Shown: positions 19,715 to 30,059, counted from the stretch's first letter. The stretch: 53,947 nucleotides of DNA from a virus (IMGVR_UViG_3300031972_000800:1-53947), one strand, 5' to 3'. Notes: generated by a model from the sequence alone, not told the origin. Numbers and translations are program-made.

Positions 19715-20425
19715 CTATGCTCTAAGACTTCGATACAACATCGCCGCCGCTTGACCCCGAGATCCATTAGGGGCATTTCCAATAATTTGTCCCGCTAACT
19801 CAGCATTGCCGCCGCCTAGCTGTTCCAAATCCTTTAACGAAAAAACAACCTCGCCGTTAGATAACGCAGCCTCCCGAACAGGTTGCCCGTTCTGATATAT
19901 CATCGCAGGTATGTCGTCAGAGGTTCCAGTGCCTGGACCTTGAATTAAACCACCCGCCGCTGCGTATTGACGATTTAAATCATCGTAATAAGCTCCGTAA
20001 TCAGGGGTTTCAACTTCGATGCTGTCCCACTGGTCCGAAAGATAATCATCTAATTTTTGTGCTTCTGCCAATGGGTCTGGCGGATTCGCCACGCCATACG
20101 CAGTCATACCAAGCCCAAGAGCTTGAAGGATATTTCCGTAAGCCTTATCCCCTGTAAAAGCAGATTTAAATATGCCAGGAAGACCCTTGCTTGCCACTTC
20201 TTGGGTCGCTTCTTGGGCCGCTATCTGTCCTGTGCCTGCTCCCAACAACGATGTGAGCCCTTTTCCCCCGACCAAAGCACCGCTAATTCCACCAAGCGCC
20301 GCCGCTTTTATCGCATCTTGAGGCTTACCTCCTCCGAGAAGAGATACAATCCCCGCTCCGATGGCACCCCCAGCGGGGCCAAACAGGCTGCTACCAATAA
20401 GGCCTCCAATTACTGATAAGCTCAT
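19715..20425 (-). CDS. virion protein with N-terminal glycine zipper and GPGTGTSDDIPA motif
   Basis: AAGGLIQGPGTGTSDDIPAM...LSNGEVVF is a motif known from tape-measure/ejection proteins. Confidence 0.7.
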   Translation of the reverse strand: MSLSVIGGLIGSSLFGPAGGAIGAGIVSLLGGGKPQDAIKAAALGGISGALVGGKGLTSLLGAGTGQIAAQEATQEVASKGLPGIFKSAFTGDKAYGNILQALGLGMTAYGVANPPDPLAEAQKLDDYLSDQWDSIEVETPDYGAYYDDLNRQYAAAGGLIQGPGTGTSDDIPAMIYQNGQPVREAALSNGEVVFSLKDLEQLGGGNAELAGQIIGNAPNGSRGQAAAMLYRSLRA

Positions 20426-20646
20426 TATGCTTCTCCTTGAATAGGCTCGGGCGAAGTAACCGTTATCGAAGTGCTGCGGTTCTCAGCGCCTGTCCAAGCC
20501 TGTCCACAATCCGGACATGTTCCGTTCGGGTAACTTAAAACTTCTTCAGGCGTATCAACCGCATTCCCACAATTAATACAATGCACTGTATCAGAACTCG
20601 TGGATGGTTTCCAGAGAGATCCGTTTGGCATTGTAATTACAGTCAT
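20425..20646 (-). CDS. small zinc-ribbon protein
   Basis: CINC...CPDC. Confidence 0.7.
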   Translation of the reverse strand: MTVITMPNGSLWKPSTSSDTVHCINCGNAVDTPEEVLSYPNGTCPDCGQAWTGAENRSTSITVTSPEPIQGEA

Positions 20647-20939
20647 GTTATCGTCACCGTTGTTGTGCCGACCGATCCGGTGGCCGAGGACCCCCGCACA
20701 TGTGGCGTGTTAATTAGCGTCACCTTAACAAACCCCGCCTGCTGAAACAATCCTCCAAGTTCCAAACCACTATCGTCCGTTTGAAGACTCGTGAGCACCA
20801 GTTCTGTGTGCCGACCCTCCCCAGCATTTTGCATCCGAGTCAAGTAAACAGTGAAGTCTTGCATCAAACGCGACAAGTATTCCGTGCTGTACTCTTTGGG
20901 GGGCAGCGGAAAAAACGGCAGGTTTGTATTGCGAGACAT
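20643..20939 (-). CDS. hypothetical virion protein
   Basis: Translationally coupled in the tail operon. Confidence 0.7.
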   Translation of the reverse strand: MSRNTNLPFFPLPPKEYSTEYLSRLMQDFTVYLTRMQNAGEGRHTELVLTSLQTDDSGLELGGLFQQAGFVKVTLINTPHVRGSSATGSVGTTTVTIT

Positions 20940-23053
20940 TAACGTCTCCCGTCAGGGCGCACATCCACCCTTGGTGTTCCTAAACGCCAAGTTACATCCG
21001 TTTGATTAGACTCCACGCGCACCGCAAACGACCTACCCCTAACTCGTATGTGGGCTTGATCAGTAAACTCCTCAATAGGAACTGTTGCCGTCTGAGAAAC
21101 GGTTGCCGTGTTGGAAGTGTCATAGTTCGACCCAGGGAACCGTCTTGCTTTTATAGTCATAGACAGGTCTGGGGTTCCGGTCGAAGACCTGAACGTAACG
21201 TCGGGGATTAACCTGCGAACAAATACAAAGTTATCGCCTTCGCCAATCGAAACCTGACTTGATTCAATGTACGAGTTTATAGCAACCGGAGGGTTTTCAG
21301 ATCCGTCGTTATCTCCAAACTCATGAAAGTACAGATAGTGGTCCGTAGATGCTGCAATCGGATTCCGCTCCGTACCGCGGTCCATCCAAGCGGAACGCCC
21401 AAGATTTCCATAGTACCAGATATTCTGCTGATAATTATATACAACGTACCGATCATTGTCCGTGCTGTTTGCCGAGGGATAAAACCACCAAACTTCTCCG
21501 AACGCTGCGTTAGATCCCGCAATGACCTTTCCCGCCTGATCGTCGTTAAAATCACTAAACACATAATCTCTAACGGTACAGGCCAACCTGTTTACTGCGC
21601 CGTTAAACATATAAAACTCCTTTTGACCCATCCAATAAACGGAATCCTCGACGTTTATAGCTGTCTGATTCCCGCGAATTGTAATGTTGTCGGAAATAAG
21701 ATTAATGCCAAAAGTAAACGGGGGCCCTAAATACTGCATCGAATGAACAGAAACGTCAGTAAACACAAGAATCTGCTGGCGTGTTTCCACCGCAGTTACG
21801 ATCTCAGAACCCGTCCCGATTAGTAAATCCCCAGCAGTGTTCGTAACTGTGGTTTCCCAGTCTCGAATGTTTCCCTGATCACAAAACCTGATCAGCAAAG
21901 GATCCTGAGTAGTGTCCGATTCAGGGTTTGTCCCAAAAGCAATCACATGCTTGTCCCTGTCCGAAACCAAAACCTGTTTGGCTACCACGGGTGGCGAGAA
22001 CGTAGTTCCGAAAGCCGCAGAAGAAATGTCCACCGCACGAGTGGTTACTCCGTTTGTTCTGTCCCAATAATAAATACCAGCATCTCTGGGATTAATTACT
22101 AAATCCTCTCCGAAGTTATCATGGGACCAAGTGCGAAGACTTCGATCTGCTGCGCCAATACTCGCCGCAGAACCCCAAGTTCCCCGGCCCCAAGTTCCCG
22201 CTCCCCAACCTGTGCCAAAAACAACCGTGTCCTGCCCAGTTGGCACTTGATACGCACCCACAACGCTTGAACCTCCGTTGCCCGTGTCAGAAGAATTAGC
22301 AAAGATAATTGTAGGCGCATAACCAGTCGTTGAAGTAATCGAGTCTACCGTCGCAACATCTCGTAAATTTATCGTGTAGTTGTTTTCGTCCACAAGAGTA
22401 AAGATTTGGTACTCTTGATTTAACCTGTTCGCAGTGGCTTGGCCCCCTAGCGTAGCCGCCCCGCTAAACGTTACAAAATCGTTAGGGTTACAACCGTGAC
22501 CCGTATCAGCGACTTTAATAGTAGAACAATTCACCGCTGCTCCAGAACTGTGGGCCGCATCAGTTGTTCCATCCAACCCACGCACACAGTTCGTCAAATC
22601 GTTGCTACTAATTCCGTTATACGAAATGGTTTCACTTTCGATTTGAATAATTCCAACAGAAGGAAACCCAGACGCACTGGTGAGTGTTATCGAAGTATCA
22701 CCAGCACTTACGTCTGACGCCAAAGTGTTAGCACTCGCGTCAAAAGTTACTTCTCCCGCTGCTGTTGTGCTGCGAATTGGAGTAATATCGTAATATGCGC
22801 CGCCTTCGCTTATGTAGTATTTTAGGTGAGTCCCCACACCTATAAAATTGTTTCCGTCAAGAGCCGTCCACCCAATTAAAGATCTACACGTTCCAAGAAA
22901 ATTAGCGTCAAAGGTATGCTCCCAACCTCCGATTTTTTCTGGGACCCCAAACCGGAACCTAACTTTATCACACTCGTACCAGCCGCCCTCGTTGGAATAT
23001 GAGGTGGTTTCTTTGTTAATTCCTGGTCGAAACTGTAATTTTGTTAGCGGCAT
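20939..23053 (-). CDS. tail nozzle/stabilisation protein (P22 gp10-like beta-propeller)
   Basis: 704 aa, beta-rich, Trp-rich; position after the tail fibre; ends RLGTPRVDVRPDGRR. Confidence 0.7.
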   Translation of the reverse strand: MPLTKLQFRPGINKETTSYSNEGGWYECDKVRFRFGVPEKIGGWEHTFDANFLGTCRSLIGWTALDGNNFIGVGTHLKYYISEGGAYYDITPIRSTTAAGEVTFDASANTLASDVSAGDTSITLTSASGFPSVGIIQIESETISYNGISSNDLTNCVRGLDGTTDAAHSSGAAVNCSTIKVADTGHGCNPNDFVTFSGAATLGGQATANRLNQEYQIFTLVDENNYTINLRDVATVDSITSTTGYAPTIIFANSSDTGNGGSSVVGAYQVPTGQDTVVFGTGWGAGTWGRGTWGSAASIGAADRSLRTWSHDNFGEDLVINPRDAGIYYWDRTNGVTTRAVDISSAAFGTTFSPPVVAKQVLVSDRDKHVIAFGTNPESDTTQDPLLIRFCDQGNIRDWETTVTNTAGDLLIGTGSEIVTAVETRQQILVFTDVSVHSMQYLGPPFTFGINLISDNITIRGNQTAINVEDSVYWMGQKEFYMFNGAVNRLACTVRDYVFSDFNDDQAGKVIAGSNAAFGEVWWFYPSANSTDNDRYVVYNYQQNIWYYGNLGRSAWMDRGTERNPIAASTDHYLYFHEFGDNDGSENPPVAINSYIESSQVSIGEGDNFVFVRRLIPDVTFRSSTGTPDLSMTIKARRFPGSNYDTSNTATVSQTATVPIEEFTDQAHIRVRGRSFAVRVESNQTDVTWRLGTPRVDVRPDGRR

Positions 23054-23093
23054 TTTAAACTCTCCTTGTGTTATATTCGACTCAGATCGAGAG

Positions 23094-25547
23094 TTATCCA
23101 GCTTCCAATGCCGCTACTTTAGTTTCCAAGACTTCGATCTTAGCCATAGCTTCCTGCAATGCCTTGATAGCTTTCATATACAGCACCGAATATTTTACAG
23201 AAAGAAATTCTTTTTGATTTCCGTCTGCATCCAAAACTGGGTTATCCTCGGCATCAGTTTGGAAGACTTGCTTAACCAAGCCATTCATTCCAGAAGCTTG
23301 AAGGTCTTGAGCCATAACACCTAACATATTTGGTGCATCTAACTTATCTTCGATCATAGAGTAGTTCTTAAACTGCAATGCTTTGATGTCATTCCACTGA
23401 GAACTAGCAGCTACAATGTTTTCTTTCAGGCGTTCATCTGATGTAGAACCGTAGGAGTTGGTTGCTGACAAAAAGTCACCATTTTCTTCTATTTCAGATT
23501 TAATCGTACCTTGACGTTGGTGTCTAAATACATAATCAGCGCCAGTACCATCTCGTGCGGAGATGGCCGTATATGTATCATTGCTTCCACTGCCTTGGTG
23601 ATATATAATAACACTTTCTTCAGTAGCAGTATAAACATTGCCATGACTTCTACCTACTCTAATACCGCCAGCCCTGAGATATATATCACCAGTATCATCA
23701 AGTTGCATCGAGCCTTCACTGCTGTTTTCATACGCATTAGATACGGGATAAAACTCTAAACCTGCATTCCCTGTACTATCATCTGCAGTAGCAATCATGC
23801 CACCAAATTTATTGACGGAGTTATCGTTGGTTTTAAATAAATAACCGCCAACGTAATCACCTGCAACAACAGTAGTATCTGATCTTCCTGCAACAAACTG
23901 TGTGCCACCACTAAAATAATTAACAAAGCTACGTTTATCGGGGTTGTGTGTCTGTGGGGTATGGCTGTCGGGGTCAGATACAGACATACCTATGTTGCTG
24001 GTAGAACCCTCTACGAAGAAAGCATGAGTATCGGCATCACTTTCAACACGAAAGTCTAAGTCACGACTATCATCGTTAAATACAGTTTCAGTGGCGTTCA
24101 TAGTTATACGATCACGAGTAGTACCTGCGAGCATAGTTTTTATTGTTAGTGTTCCATCTTCAGTACCATCTGATGCGTCTGTAATTTCTCCAAAAATAGT
24201 AGCAAATTGTGTTTTCTCGGAAGCATCATTTAAACCATTAAATTCCATTCTGCCTATTAAATCACTGTCAGCACCTGCTTGTCCCGGATTTCTGTAAAAG
24301 TCTAAGAGTGGACCTGCACTAGCATCAGTATCAGTAGTCTCAAGAATAATGTTTGCATCATTGTTGGTTTTAGTAAACGTACCAGTACCAACAACACTTA
24401 ACGCAGTAGCTGGGCTATTTGTACCTATTCCACAGTTACCATCAGCACCATTTACAAAGAATGCATTTGCATCATTATCACTTTCAACCCGAAAGTCTAA
24501 GTCTAGTGACGCCTCGTTAAATACAGCCTCTGTAGAGTTAAAATTTAAACGTGTCCGATTAGTGCCCGCAAGCATAGTGCTAAGAATTAATTGACCGTCT
24601 TCAGCACCATCAGTTGCATCTCCTATTCTACCTTCAATTTCAGCATACTGAACCTCGTTTCCAGCTACATCCTGTGCACGATAATGAATCGTGCCAATGA
24701 CATCACTTGCTGCACCAACAACATCTCTAAATAGTCTAAGTATTGGACCTTGAGAAGCATCTGTGTCTGTAGAGACAAGACTTAAAGTATCAGAGTTATC
24801 ATTTACAGTAATAGTAGATCCATCGGTAGCAGTAAAACCACCTGTAATGTCTACACCTGTATTAGTAGTTGCTAATTTTACCGCACTGCTTCCACCAGTC
24901 GCAAAAGACAGTTTTGTTGCTCCGGTTGAACCGTCTGCCATAATATAAGTAGCTCGACCCCCAGAACCATCATCTGTCTGTATTAGAATATCCTTATCAG
25001 CTTCGTTATTTTGAAGCTTTAGATCCCCTGCTTCGTTAGAAATAATGGCGTTTGTGCCGTCATGCTTGGCTTGTAAAACACCAGAGTTAAAACTCCCTGC
25101 TTCCAAATCCTCTAAGGCATTATACGCATACGAAGCAGATGCGCCCGCTCCGGTAAACCGAATAACCGCGTTGCGACCAGCAGGCAACTGATAGTCTCTG
25201 CCAGCGTCGTATGTCCCTTGAAACAAAAACAACGTTTGATTGGTGCTGTTCTGGATGTGAATTACTTTCTCAGAATCCGCAGGAGTCAACTGCACATAGG
25301 TATCACCACCAGGAGTTCCCGTAAACTCTACAAAACGATTACGACCGTTTGAAGTAGAACCGTCAGTTACAGGCAACGTGTTTGGACTTCCCGTACTACC
25401 TGTAGAACCTAGCGCCACAGAAATCTGACCATCAAGAGACGTATCTAACAAATCAAAGTTAGTATTCGTCGTATCGCCCCAGGTTCCAGATTGTTCGCCC
25501 GTTGCGATTTTTTCGATACCGTTATTCGTAGTATATGTACTAGGCAT
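23094..25547 (-). CDS. tail fibre with C-terminal peptidase S74 intramolecular chaperone
   Basis: N-terminal anchor ATGEQSGTWGDTTNTN; GIGTNSP repeats; SDERLKENIV autocleavage motif plus terminal coiled coil. Confidence 0.88.
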   Translation of the reverse strand: MPSTYTTNNGIEKIATGEQSGTWGDTTNTNFDLLDTSLDGQISVALGSTGSTGSPNTLPVTDGSTSNGRNRFVEFTGTPGGDTYVQLTPADSEKVIHIQNSTNQTLFLFQGTYDAGRDYQLPAGRNAVIRFTGAGASASYAYNALEDLEAGSFNSGVLQAKHDGTNAIISNEAGDLKLQNNEADKDILIQTDDGSGGRATYIMADGSTGATKLSFATGGSSAVKLATTNTGVDITGGFTATDGSTITVNDNSDTLSLVSTDTDASQGPILRLFRDVVGAASDVIGTIHYRAQDVAGNEVQYAEIEGRIGDATDGAEDGQLILSTMLAGTNRTRLNFNSTEAVFNEASLDLDFRVESDNDANAFFVNGADGNCGIGTNSPATALSVVGTGTFTKTNNDANIILETTDTDASAGPLLDFYRNPGQAGADSDLIGRMEFNGLNDASEKTQFATIFGEITDASDGTEDGTLTIKTMLAGTTRDRITMNATETVFNDDSRDLDFRVESDADTHAFFVEGSTSNIGMSVSDPDSHTPQTHNPDKRSFVNYFSGGTQFVAGRSDTTVVAGDYVGGYLFKTNDNSVNKFGGMIATADDSTGNAGLEFYPVSNAYENSSEGSMQLDDTGDIYLRAGGIRVGRSHGNVYTATEESVIIYHQGSGSNDTYTAISARDGTGADYVFRHQRQGTIKSEIEENGDFLSATNSYGSTSDERLKENIVAASSQWNDIKALQFKNYSMIEDKLDAPNMLGVMAQDLQASGMNGLVKQVFQTDAEDNPVLDADGNQKEFLSVKYSVLYMKAIKALQEAMAKIEVLETKVAALEAG

Positions 25548-25556
25548 GATCCCGTC

Positions 25557-26318
25557 CTATGCTGCGTTTTCCCAGTTTGGATCTGGGGAAGTTGTAGACA
25601 CATCGCCCCACTCAGGAGATTGTGTAGGTTGCGTCTGAGTATAACTCGGATTTTGATTTGGCACAATACGAGCAAACCCAGACGACTGACTTGGTTGTAC
25701 GACGCTGTAACTCGGATCTTGATCCGGAACAATACGACCCCAGACCAACGGTGTGCTGGTGGCTCCTGTTGCAGAAACCCCCTCAATGTTAACAAGAGCC
25801 GTCCCTGTTACAGATACAGAGCCAACACTAGCCGTAGCTGCTAAACCCGTGACATCTATAGATTGACCTAATTCAACAGATACAGAGCCAACACCGCCAG
25901 TAGCCGCTAAACCCGTGACCGCAACGCTGGCGGTCCCTGTCACAGATACAGAACCAACACTAGCCGTAGCCGTTAAACCCGTGATAGATATGTTTGCGTC
26001 CGCAGTAACCACCGCAGAACCAACACCGCCAGTAGCCGCTAAACCCGTGACCGCAACGCTGGCGGTCCCTGTCACAGAAACGGAACCAACACCGCCAGTA
26101 GCCGCTAAGCCCGTGACAGATATGTTTGCGTCCACAGTAACCACCGCAGAGCCAACACCGCCCGTGGCTTCTAAACCCGTGACGGGTACGTCTGCCGTTG
26201 CAACTACAGTTGCAGAGCCAACACCGCCCGTGGCTTTAGGTAGGTCCGTTTGACCCCAAGGCATCTCGCCCCAGCCAAAGCGGCCCCAGCCACCTAGAGG
26301 GACGACAACATCAGTCAC
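25557..26318 (-). CDS. repetitive beta-solenoid virion protein
   Basis: About 7 copies of a ~22-aa VTGLAATGGVGSxxV unit; near-identical DNA copies at 25888 and 26020. Confidence 0.75.
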   Translation of the reverse strand: MTDVVVPLGGWGRFGWGEMPWGQTDLPKATGGVGSATVVATADVPVTGLEATGGVGSAVVTVDANISVTGLAATGGVGSVSVTGTASVAVTGLAATGGVGSAVVTADANISITGLTATASVGSVSVTGTASVAVTGLAATGGVGSVSVELGQSIDVTGLAATASVGSVSVTGTALVNIEGVSATGATSTPLVWGRIVPDQDPSYSVVQPSQSSGFARIVPNQNPSYTQTQPTQSPEWGDVSTTSPDPNWENAA

Positions 26319-26761
26319 TAGGCTATCCTAATAACCGCATTACTTGCATCCGCCGCTGGAAACACAACAGAAAAAGTTCCATTCGATGCCGTTTTGTCCG
26401 CGCCAAAATCCAACACTACTACGGAAGGGTCCCCAGAAGCAGAATCATTAAAGATCAAAGCTCCACGCGCAGTAAAAGATGCGGAAGACCACGATGAGTC
26501 AGCGAAATCTGTAAAGGCCGTAGTGCCAGAAGTAGCGGGATCAACTCTAGTCAAAGCGTTTCCTTTGGCCGAATACGCAGAGCCCGACGTATTGGTTATT
26601 TCGTTGGTACTGGTATACGCCGTAGTCGCAGCGGTGAACGATGCGCTGTTTGTATACAGTGCAATATTAAAGGTATTACCCCCACTGTTTTTAAAGTTAT
26701 GCACACCTTCAAGAAGCTCTTTCTTAAAACTGGTACACATGAAATTTCCACTAAAAGCCAT
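26318..26761 (-). CDS. conserved virion structural protein
   Basis: CTSFKKELL...ALYT...FTARGALIFN...VLDFG pattern; structural operon. Confidence 0.7.
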   Translation of the reverse strand: MAFSGNFMCTSFKKELLEGVHNFKNSGGNTFNIALYTNSASFTAATTAYTSTNEITNTSGSAYSAKGNALTRVDPATSGTTAFTDFADSSWSSASFTARGALIFNDSASGDPSVVVLDFGADKTASNGTFSVVFPAADASNAVIRIA

Positions 26762-26762
26762 G

Positions 26763-27053
26763 TCATAGTCTCCTTATAAGTTCTGCAAGTTCGGGATGCC
26801 CAGCGTCTTTGAGGGCATTACATACTGTAGTTCGATCATTTTTTATAGCCTCATGCAAATAAAACTCTACAATTTTTTCAACCCGACCTTTGAACGCATG
26901 TGCCTGTGCTCTTATTGCAGGGGGAGCCGAATCTGATACAGCTACAACTTTATCCGAGCATCTCTTCGATATTTCTTCTGGAGTAAAACCTCGGTCGTTA
27001 CTTGTGTGAACAACAACACCAAAATCTGAAGCTAGTTCTATCTTTGGTATCAC
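26763..27053 (-). CDS. hypothetical protein
   Basis: Coupled ORF in the late operon. Confidence 0.7.
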   Translation of the reverse strand: MIPKIELASDFGVVVHTSNDRGFTPEEISKRCSDKVVAVSDSAPPAIRAQAHAFKGRVEKIVEFYLHEAIKNDRTTVCNALKDAGHPELAELIRRL

Positions 27054-27700
27054 GATTTTATCCTAACAATTTGACCAGTTCTGTACTGATCAGTAACCTC
27101 TTGCGCCTCGCCCATGTTTTTTAATCGACCCATCGCTTCTTGGAATCGAGACTGATACATCCCCATCGTATCCTGCTCGCCCTTCATATAAGTACCACAC
27201 TCTATAAGCGAACCATACAAAAGAGCAATTTCCGCATTCTCACTTAACCAAGTGGTTCCTGATCCTGCGCCCGCTGTTATGCTGACTGGGCGATAAAAAT
27301 AATGAAGATCCACAACATAATTAGAATTAGGAGTTGGACCTATAATAAAATTATCTACGTCAAATGACGCATAATACTTCGGCTCGCCAGTAGTAGCGGG
27401 ATTTGGAGTGTACGTCTGTACAAAGTCTACGTCTTTAAACATGATGAAATTTGCATCGCTGTTTCCGTCCGTATACGATAAAGAAAAAGGCGCTAGAAAA
27501 TCTGTCGGAGAGGACAAGTATTGATTTCCACTGGTCATTACTCCAGCTACGTTTTTCCGAAACAAGGTCAACTGCACACTCTTGAGAATGCGCTCTTCCG
27601 TAAGTCGAATAAACAACGGAAGATTGTTTACAAAACTTGTCTCGTCATTCTCAGAGTAGTCTTGAAGAGCCTGCTTTAGCTCGTCATATGTAAACGCCAT
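27050..27700 (-). CDS. head-tail adaptor-like protein
   Basis: TYDELKQAL...P.FI..TEERI, G.PKYY, WLS...ALLYGSL adaptor pattern. Confidence 0.7.
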   Translation of the reverse strand: MAFTYDELKQALQDYSENDETSFVNNLPLFIRLTEERILKSVQLTLFRKNVAGVMTSGNQYLSSPTDFLAPFSLSYTDGNSDANFIMFKDVDFVQTYTPNPATTGEPKYYASFDVDNFIIGPTPNSNYVVDLHYFYRPVSITAGAGSGTTWLSENAEIALLYGSLIECGTYMKGEQDTMGMYQSRFQEAMGRLKNMGEAQEVTDQYRTGQIVRIKS

Positions 27701-27709
27701 ACCTTGCTC

Positions 27710-28036
27710 CTACGACGTAGTCACAGTAACTGATCCAGCAGAACCAGTTGCAACTAAGTTATTTGGTGGTGTTACACCGGGAATATCAAAAAATCCAACT
27801 GGATCAAACCCATGTTGAATTGACCGTTCAGAAGTTAAATTTGACTCCGGTCTAGGGTTTCGCAACGCTTGTGGGTCTGGACCAACCTTAATGGGATAAA
27901 GCTGCGGATGCTTCGGTTCAAACTCATCGGGACCAACTTTCGCACCAGTCCACTCAACCTTCATCTCACGAAGACGATAGCGCCGACCAGATCGATCTGA
28001 AATACCCCAAGCTTTTTTACCAGAAGCGTATGCCAT
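27710..28036 (-). CDS. conserved hypothetical protein
   Basis: SDRSGRRY...EWTG...EPKHPQL motif; coupled. Confidence 0.7.
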   Translation of the reverse strand: MAYASGKKAWGISDRSGRRYRLREMKVEWTGAKVGPDEFEPKHPQLYPIKVGPDPQALRNPRPESNLTSERSIQHGFDPVGFFDIPGVTPPNNLVATGSAGSVTVTTS

Positions 28037-28702
28037 TTAAACCCTCAGATAACTCATGCTAGGTTGCAGTTTTAAAGGAACCCGATCTTCATCCTCGTCT
28101 GAAGCTCTTTGGAACTCTTCTTCGTATATAGACTTTAACATTTGCAACCTTTCAGGCGCACGTTTCATTGCTATATAGTAAGACAGTCCCGCAACCATAC
28201 ACGGATAGAACCTAAACGGCATATCTGTTGTATTAACCAGAGTATCAGCATCATCAATCCTGCGAACGTAATAGTACACCAATTGATCCGTTGAGTTCTC
28301 GGGAACAGGCCACAAGTTAATTACAGGCGTTATTTGCCGATCAAAGTAAAACTGACTGGTACGACCCGTCGTTGTTTTGTTGGGCAACGTTAAGTATTCC
28401 GCCCGACTTATGCGATCAATCTCGTAGTCGGTATTGTCCCGACGAAGAACCACCTCAAGAACGTCCACAACATCTGCTAGCAACGTTTCTTGCGCCTGAC
28501 CCTGTGTCAATGTCGTAGTTGCCTGCTTCACTGTCCAAAGGTTCAGGCCTCGATTAGCCCACTCAGCAAACATTAGGTTAAGAGATCGACGAGCAGTCTT
28601 GGCGTCGTATCCTGTACGAACCTCCAAGCCGCAACGCTCAAACGCTTCCTCAATCAGTTCCCCGACATCAAGCTCAAAATCTCTTGTACCCGATAATGCC
28701 AT
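28037..28702 (-). CDS. head-tail connector/adaptor protein
   Basis: IEEAFERCG...ARRSLNLMFAEWANRGLNLW...LWPVP pattern. Confidence 0.72.
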   Translation of the reverse strand: MALSGTRDFELDVGELIEEAFERCGLEVRTGYDAKTARRSLNLMFAEWANRGLNLWTVKQATTTLTQGQAQETLLADVVDVLEVVLRRDNTDYEIDRISRAEYLTLPNKTTTGRTSQFYFDRQITPVINLWPVPENSTDQLVYYYVRRIDDADTLVNTTDMPFRFYPCMVAGLSYYIAMKRAPERLQMLKSIYEEEFQRASDEDEDRVPLKLQPSMSYLRV

Positions 28703-29109
28703 TAGAACACTCGACCGCCATCACGCATCTTGCGCATTCCGCCACTGGTCATAGGAACATCACGCATTCCCATAGCCGAATTCATTTGATCAGCATTCAT
28801 TCCATCCACTTGGGCACGAGGTTTAGAAACCATTTGTTTCACAGCTTCAACACCTTGCCGGATTTCAGGCATGGCATTTTGAATAGATCCGCCACCCTGC
28901 ATCTCAGGGACTTCGCCACCGCGCATCATCTTAACTTTGCCGCCACGCATCATGCCGGGAACTTTGCCGCCACGCATCATCTTAACTTTGCCGCCACGCA
29001 TCATCTTAACTTTGCCGCCACGCATCATTTTTTTCTTCGCTGCGCTTTTCATTGGCTCAGTTGTGTTTCCGTCTTTATCCAAATCAAGAAAATCAGGTTT
29101 ACCTGGCAT
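28702..29109 (-). CDS. small basic repeat protein with five MMRGG units
   Basis: DLDKDG loop followed by KMMRGGKV repeats, MQGGG and MRDGGRVF. Confidence 0.75.
   Translation of the reverse strand: MPGKPDFLDLDKDGNTTEPMKSAAKKKMMRGGKVKMMRGGKVKMMRGGKVPGMMRGGKVKMMRGGEVPEMQGGGSIQNAMPEIRQGVEAVKQMVSKPRAQVDGMNADQMNSAMGMRDVPMTSGGMRKMRDGGRVF
28930..29028. repeat. 24/27-nt coding tandem repeat
   Basis: CTTAACTTTGCCGCCACGCATCAT at 28930, 28981 and 29005, plus a 27-nt variant at 28954. Confidence 0.95.
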
Positions 29110-29110
29110 T

Positions 29111-29554
29111 TTATATACTCCTGTTTTTACGCGCCAAAATGTGACGCTCATATTCATCGGGCTCGTAGTTCTTATAGTACCCTAGTTTTTCTAACTTTGC
29201 AGCAGCATTCTCTAATTCGCTCCACCGCTGCACAAAGACCACCGCTTCAGTTTCTCGCAAAAACGATAAAAGCCAAATGTCTATGTCAGTCAATGTAAAG
29301 AAATTATTCAACGCCATGCAGCCATCTTCTAAGGATTGATAGCTTTTGCTGTAGCCATAGTCAAAAAACATCGAAACCTTGTACCCTCGATTGCAAAATC
29401 TTGAGCACTCCTCCACAACATCCGTCCACAGTTCCTCAGTAACAACCGTTTTTACTTCTCCGTCGTTTAACGCCTGCAAAGCATACGGACAACGTGGAAC
29501 GTCGTTGTTGAACCTAGAAGGCTTTGATAAATCTGTAGCCCACTCTCTTATCAA
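29111..29554 (-). CDS. hypothetical protein (CPYA motif)
   Basis: PRCPYALQA...KLEKLGYY; coupled ORF. Confidence 0.7.
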   Translation of the reverse strand: MIREWATDLSKPSRFNNDVPRCPYALQALNDGEVKTVVTEELWTDVVEECSRFCNRGYKVSMFFDYGYSKSYQSLEDGCMALNNFFTLTDIDIWLLSFLRETEAVVFVQRWSELENAAAKLEKLGYYKNYEPDEYERHILARKNRSI

Positions 29555-29778
29555 AACACCCTCGCTTGTCCGCCTGTACTAGCCTTCCACTTGATTCGTT
29601 TCGACGATTTCTTTTTCTTCATTGCAGATGTACATTCCGACATAGTCGGACGACAAGCGGGGTATCCTTTACGCTTTTCGCCCTTTTGACGACCACACGG
29701 CTTACCCGTTTTGCAATCTACCCAACCTTTTCCATCGTTTTGAGAAAACCATTCCCGTAAAGAGTTTTTCTTTGCCAT
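29551..29778 (-). CDS. small basic Cys-containing protein (DUF5872-like C-terminal half)
   Basis: LREWF...WVDCKTGKPCGR...YPACRP. Confidence 0.7.
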   Translation of the reverse strand: MAKKNSLREWFSQNDGKGWVDCKTGKPCGRQKGEKRKGYPACRPTMSECTSAMKKKKSSKRIKWKASTGGQARVF

Positions 29779-30059
29779 TAGAAACTCCTCGTGCGTTTCC
29801 TGCGGTTTTCTTCCACCATTCCACAACCGGACGCAACCATTCCACCAGGGGCATAACGCTGAACGGCTTTTCGCTTAGGGTTATCCACCGCCGTCATTAA
29901 GCCGCCCATCGCCGCTTTCTTAGTAGAGTTTCCCCAATTTGCGGCTCCCACCTTTCGGCACTTTGCTACCGCTCCGCTTGCGTAAGCCGAGGGCCAAACC
30001 TTGTACCGAGCCTTGACCTTTTTTGCGCAAGCGTCGAGCTTCTTTTTCTTTTTTGCCAT
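29778..30059 (-). CDS. small basic protein (DUF5872-like N-terminal half)
   Basis: KVKARYKVWPSAYASG motif; two GG motifs. Confidence 0.7.
   Translation of the reverse strand: MAKKKKKLDACAKKVKARYKVWPSAYASGAVAKCRKVGAANWGNSTKKAAMGGLMTAVDNPKRKAVQRYAPGGMVASGCGMVEENRRKRTRSF

Noticed and set aside
28930-29028. 24-nt repeats as a CRISPR array
   Set aside because: Tandem with no unique spacers, in frame within a CDS, and no cas genes.
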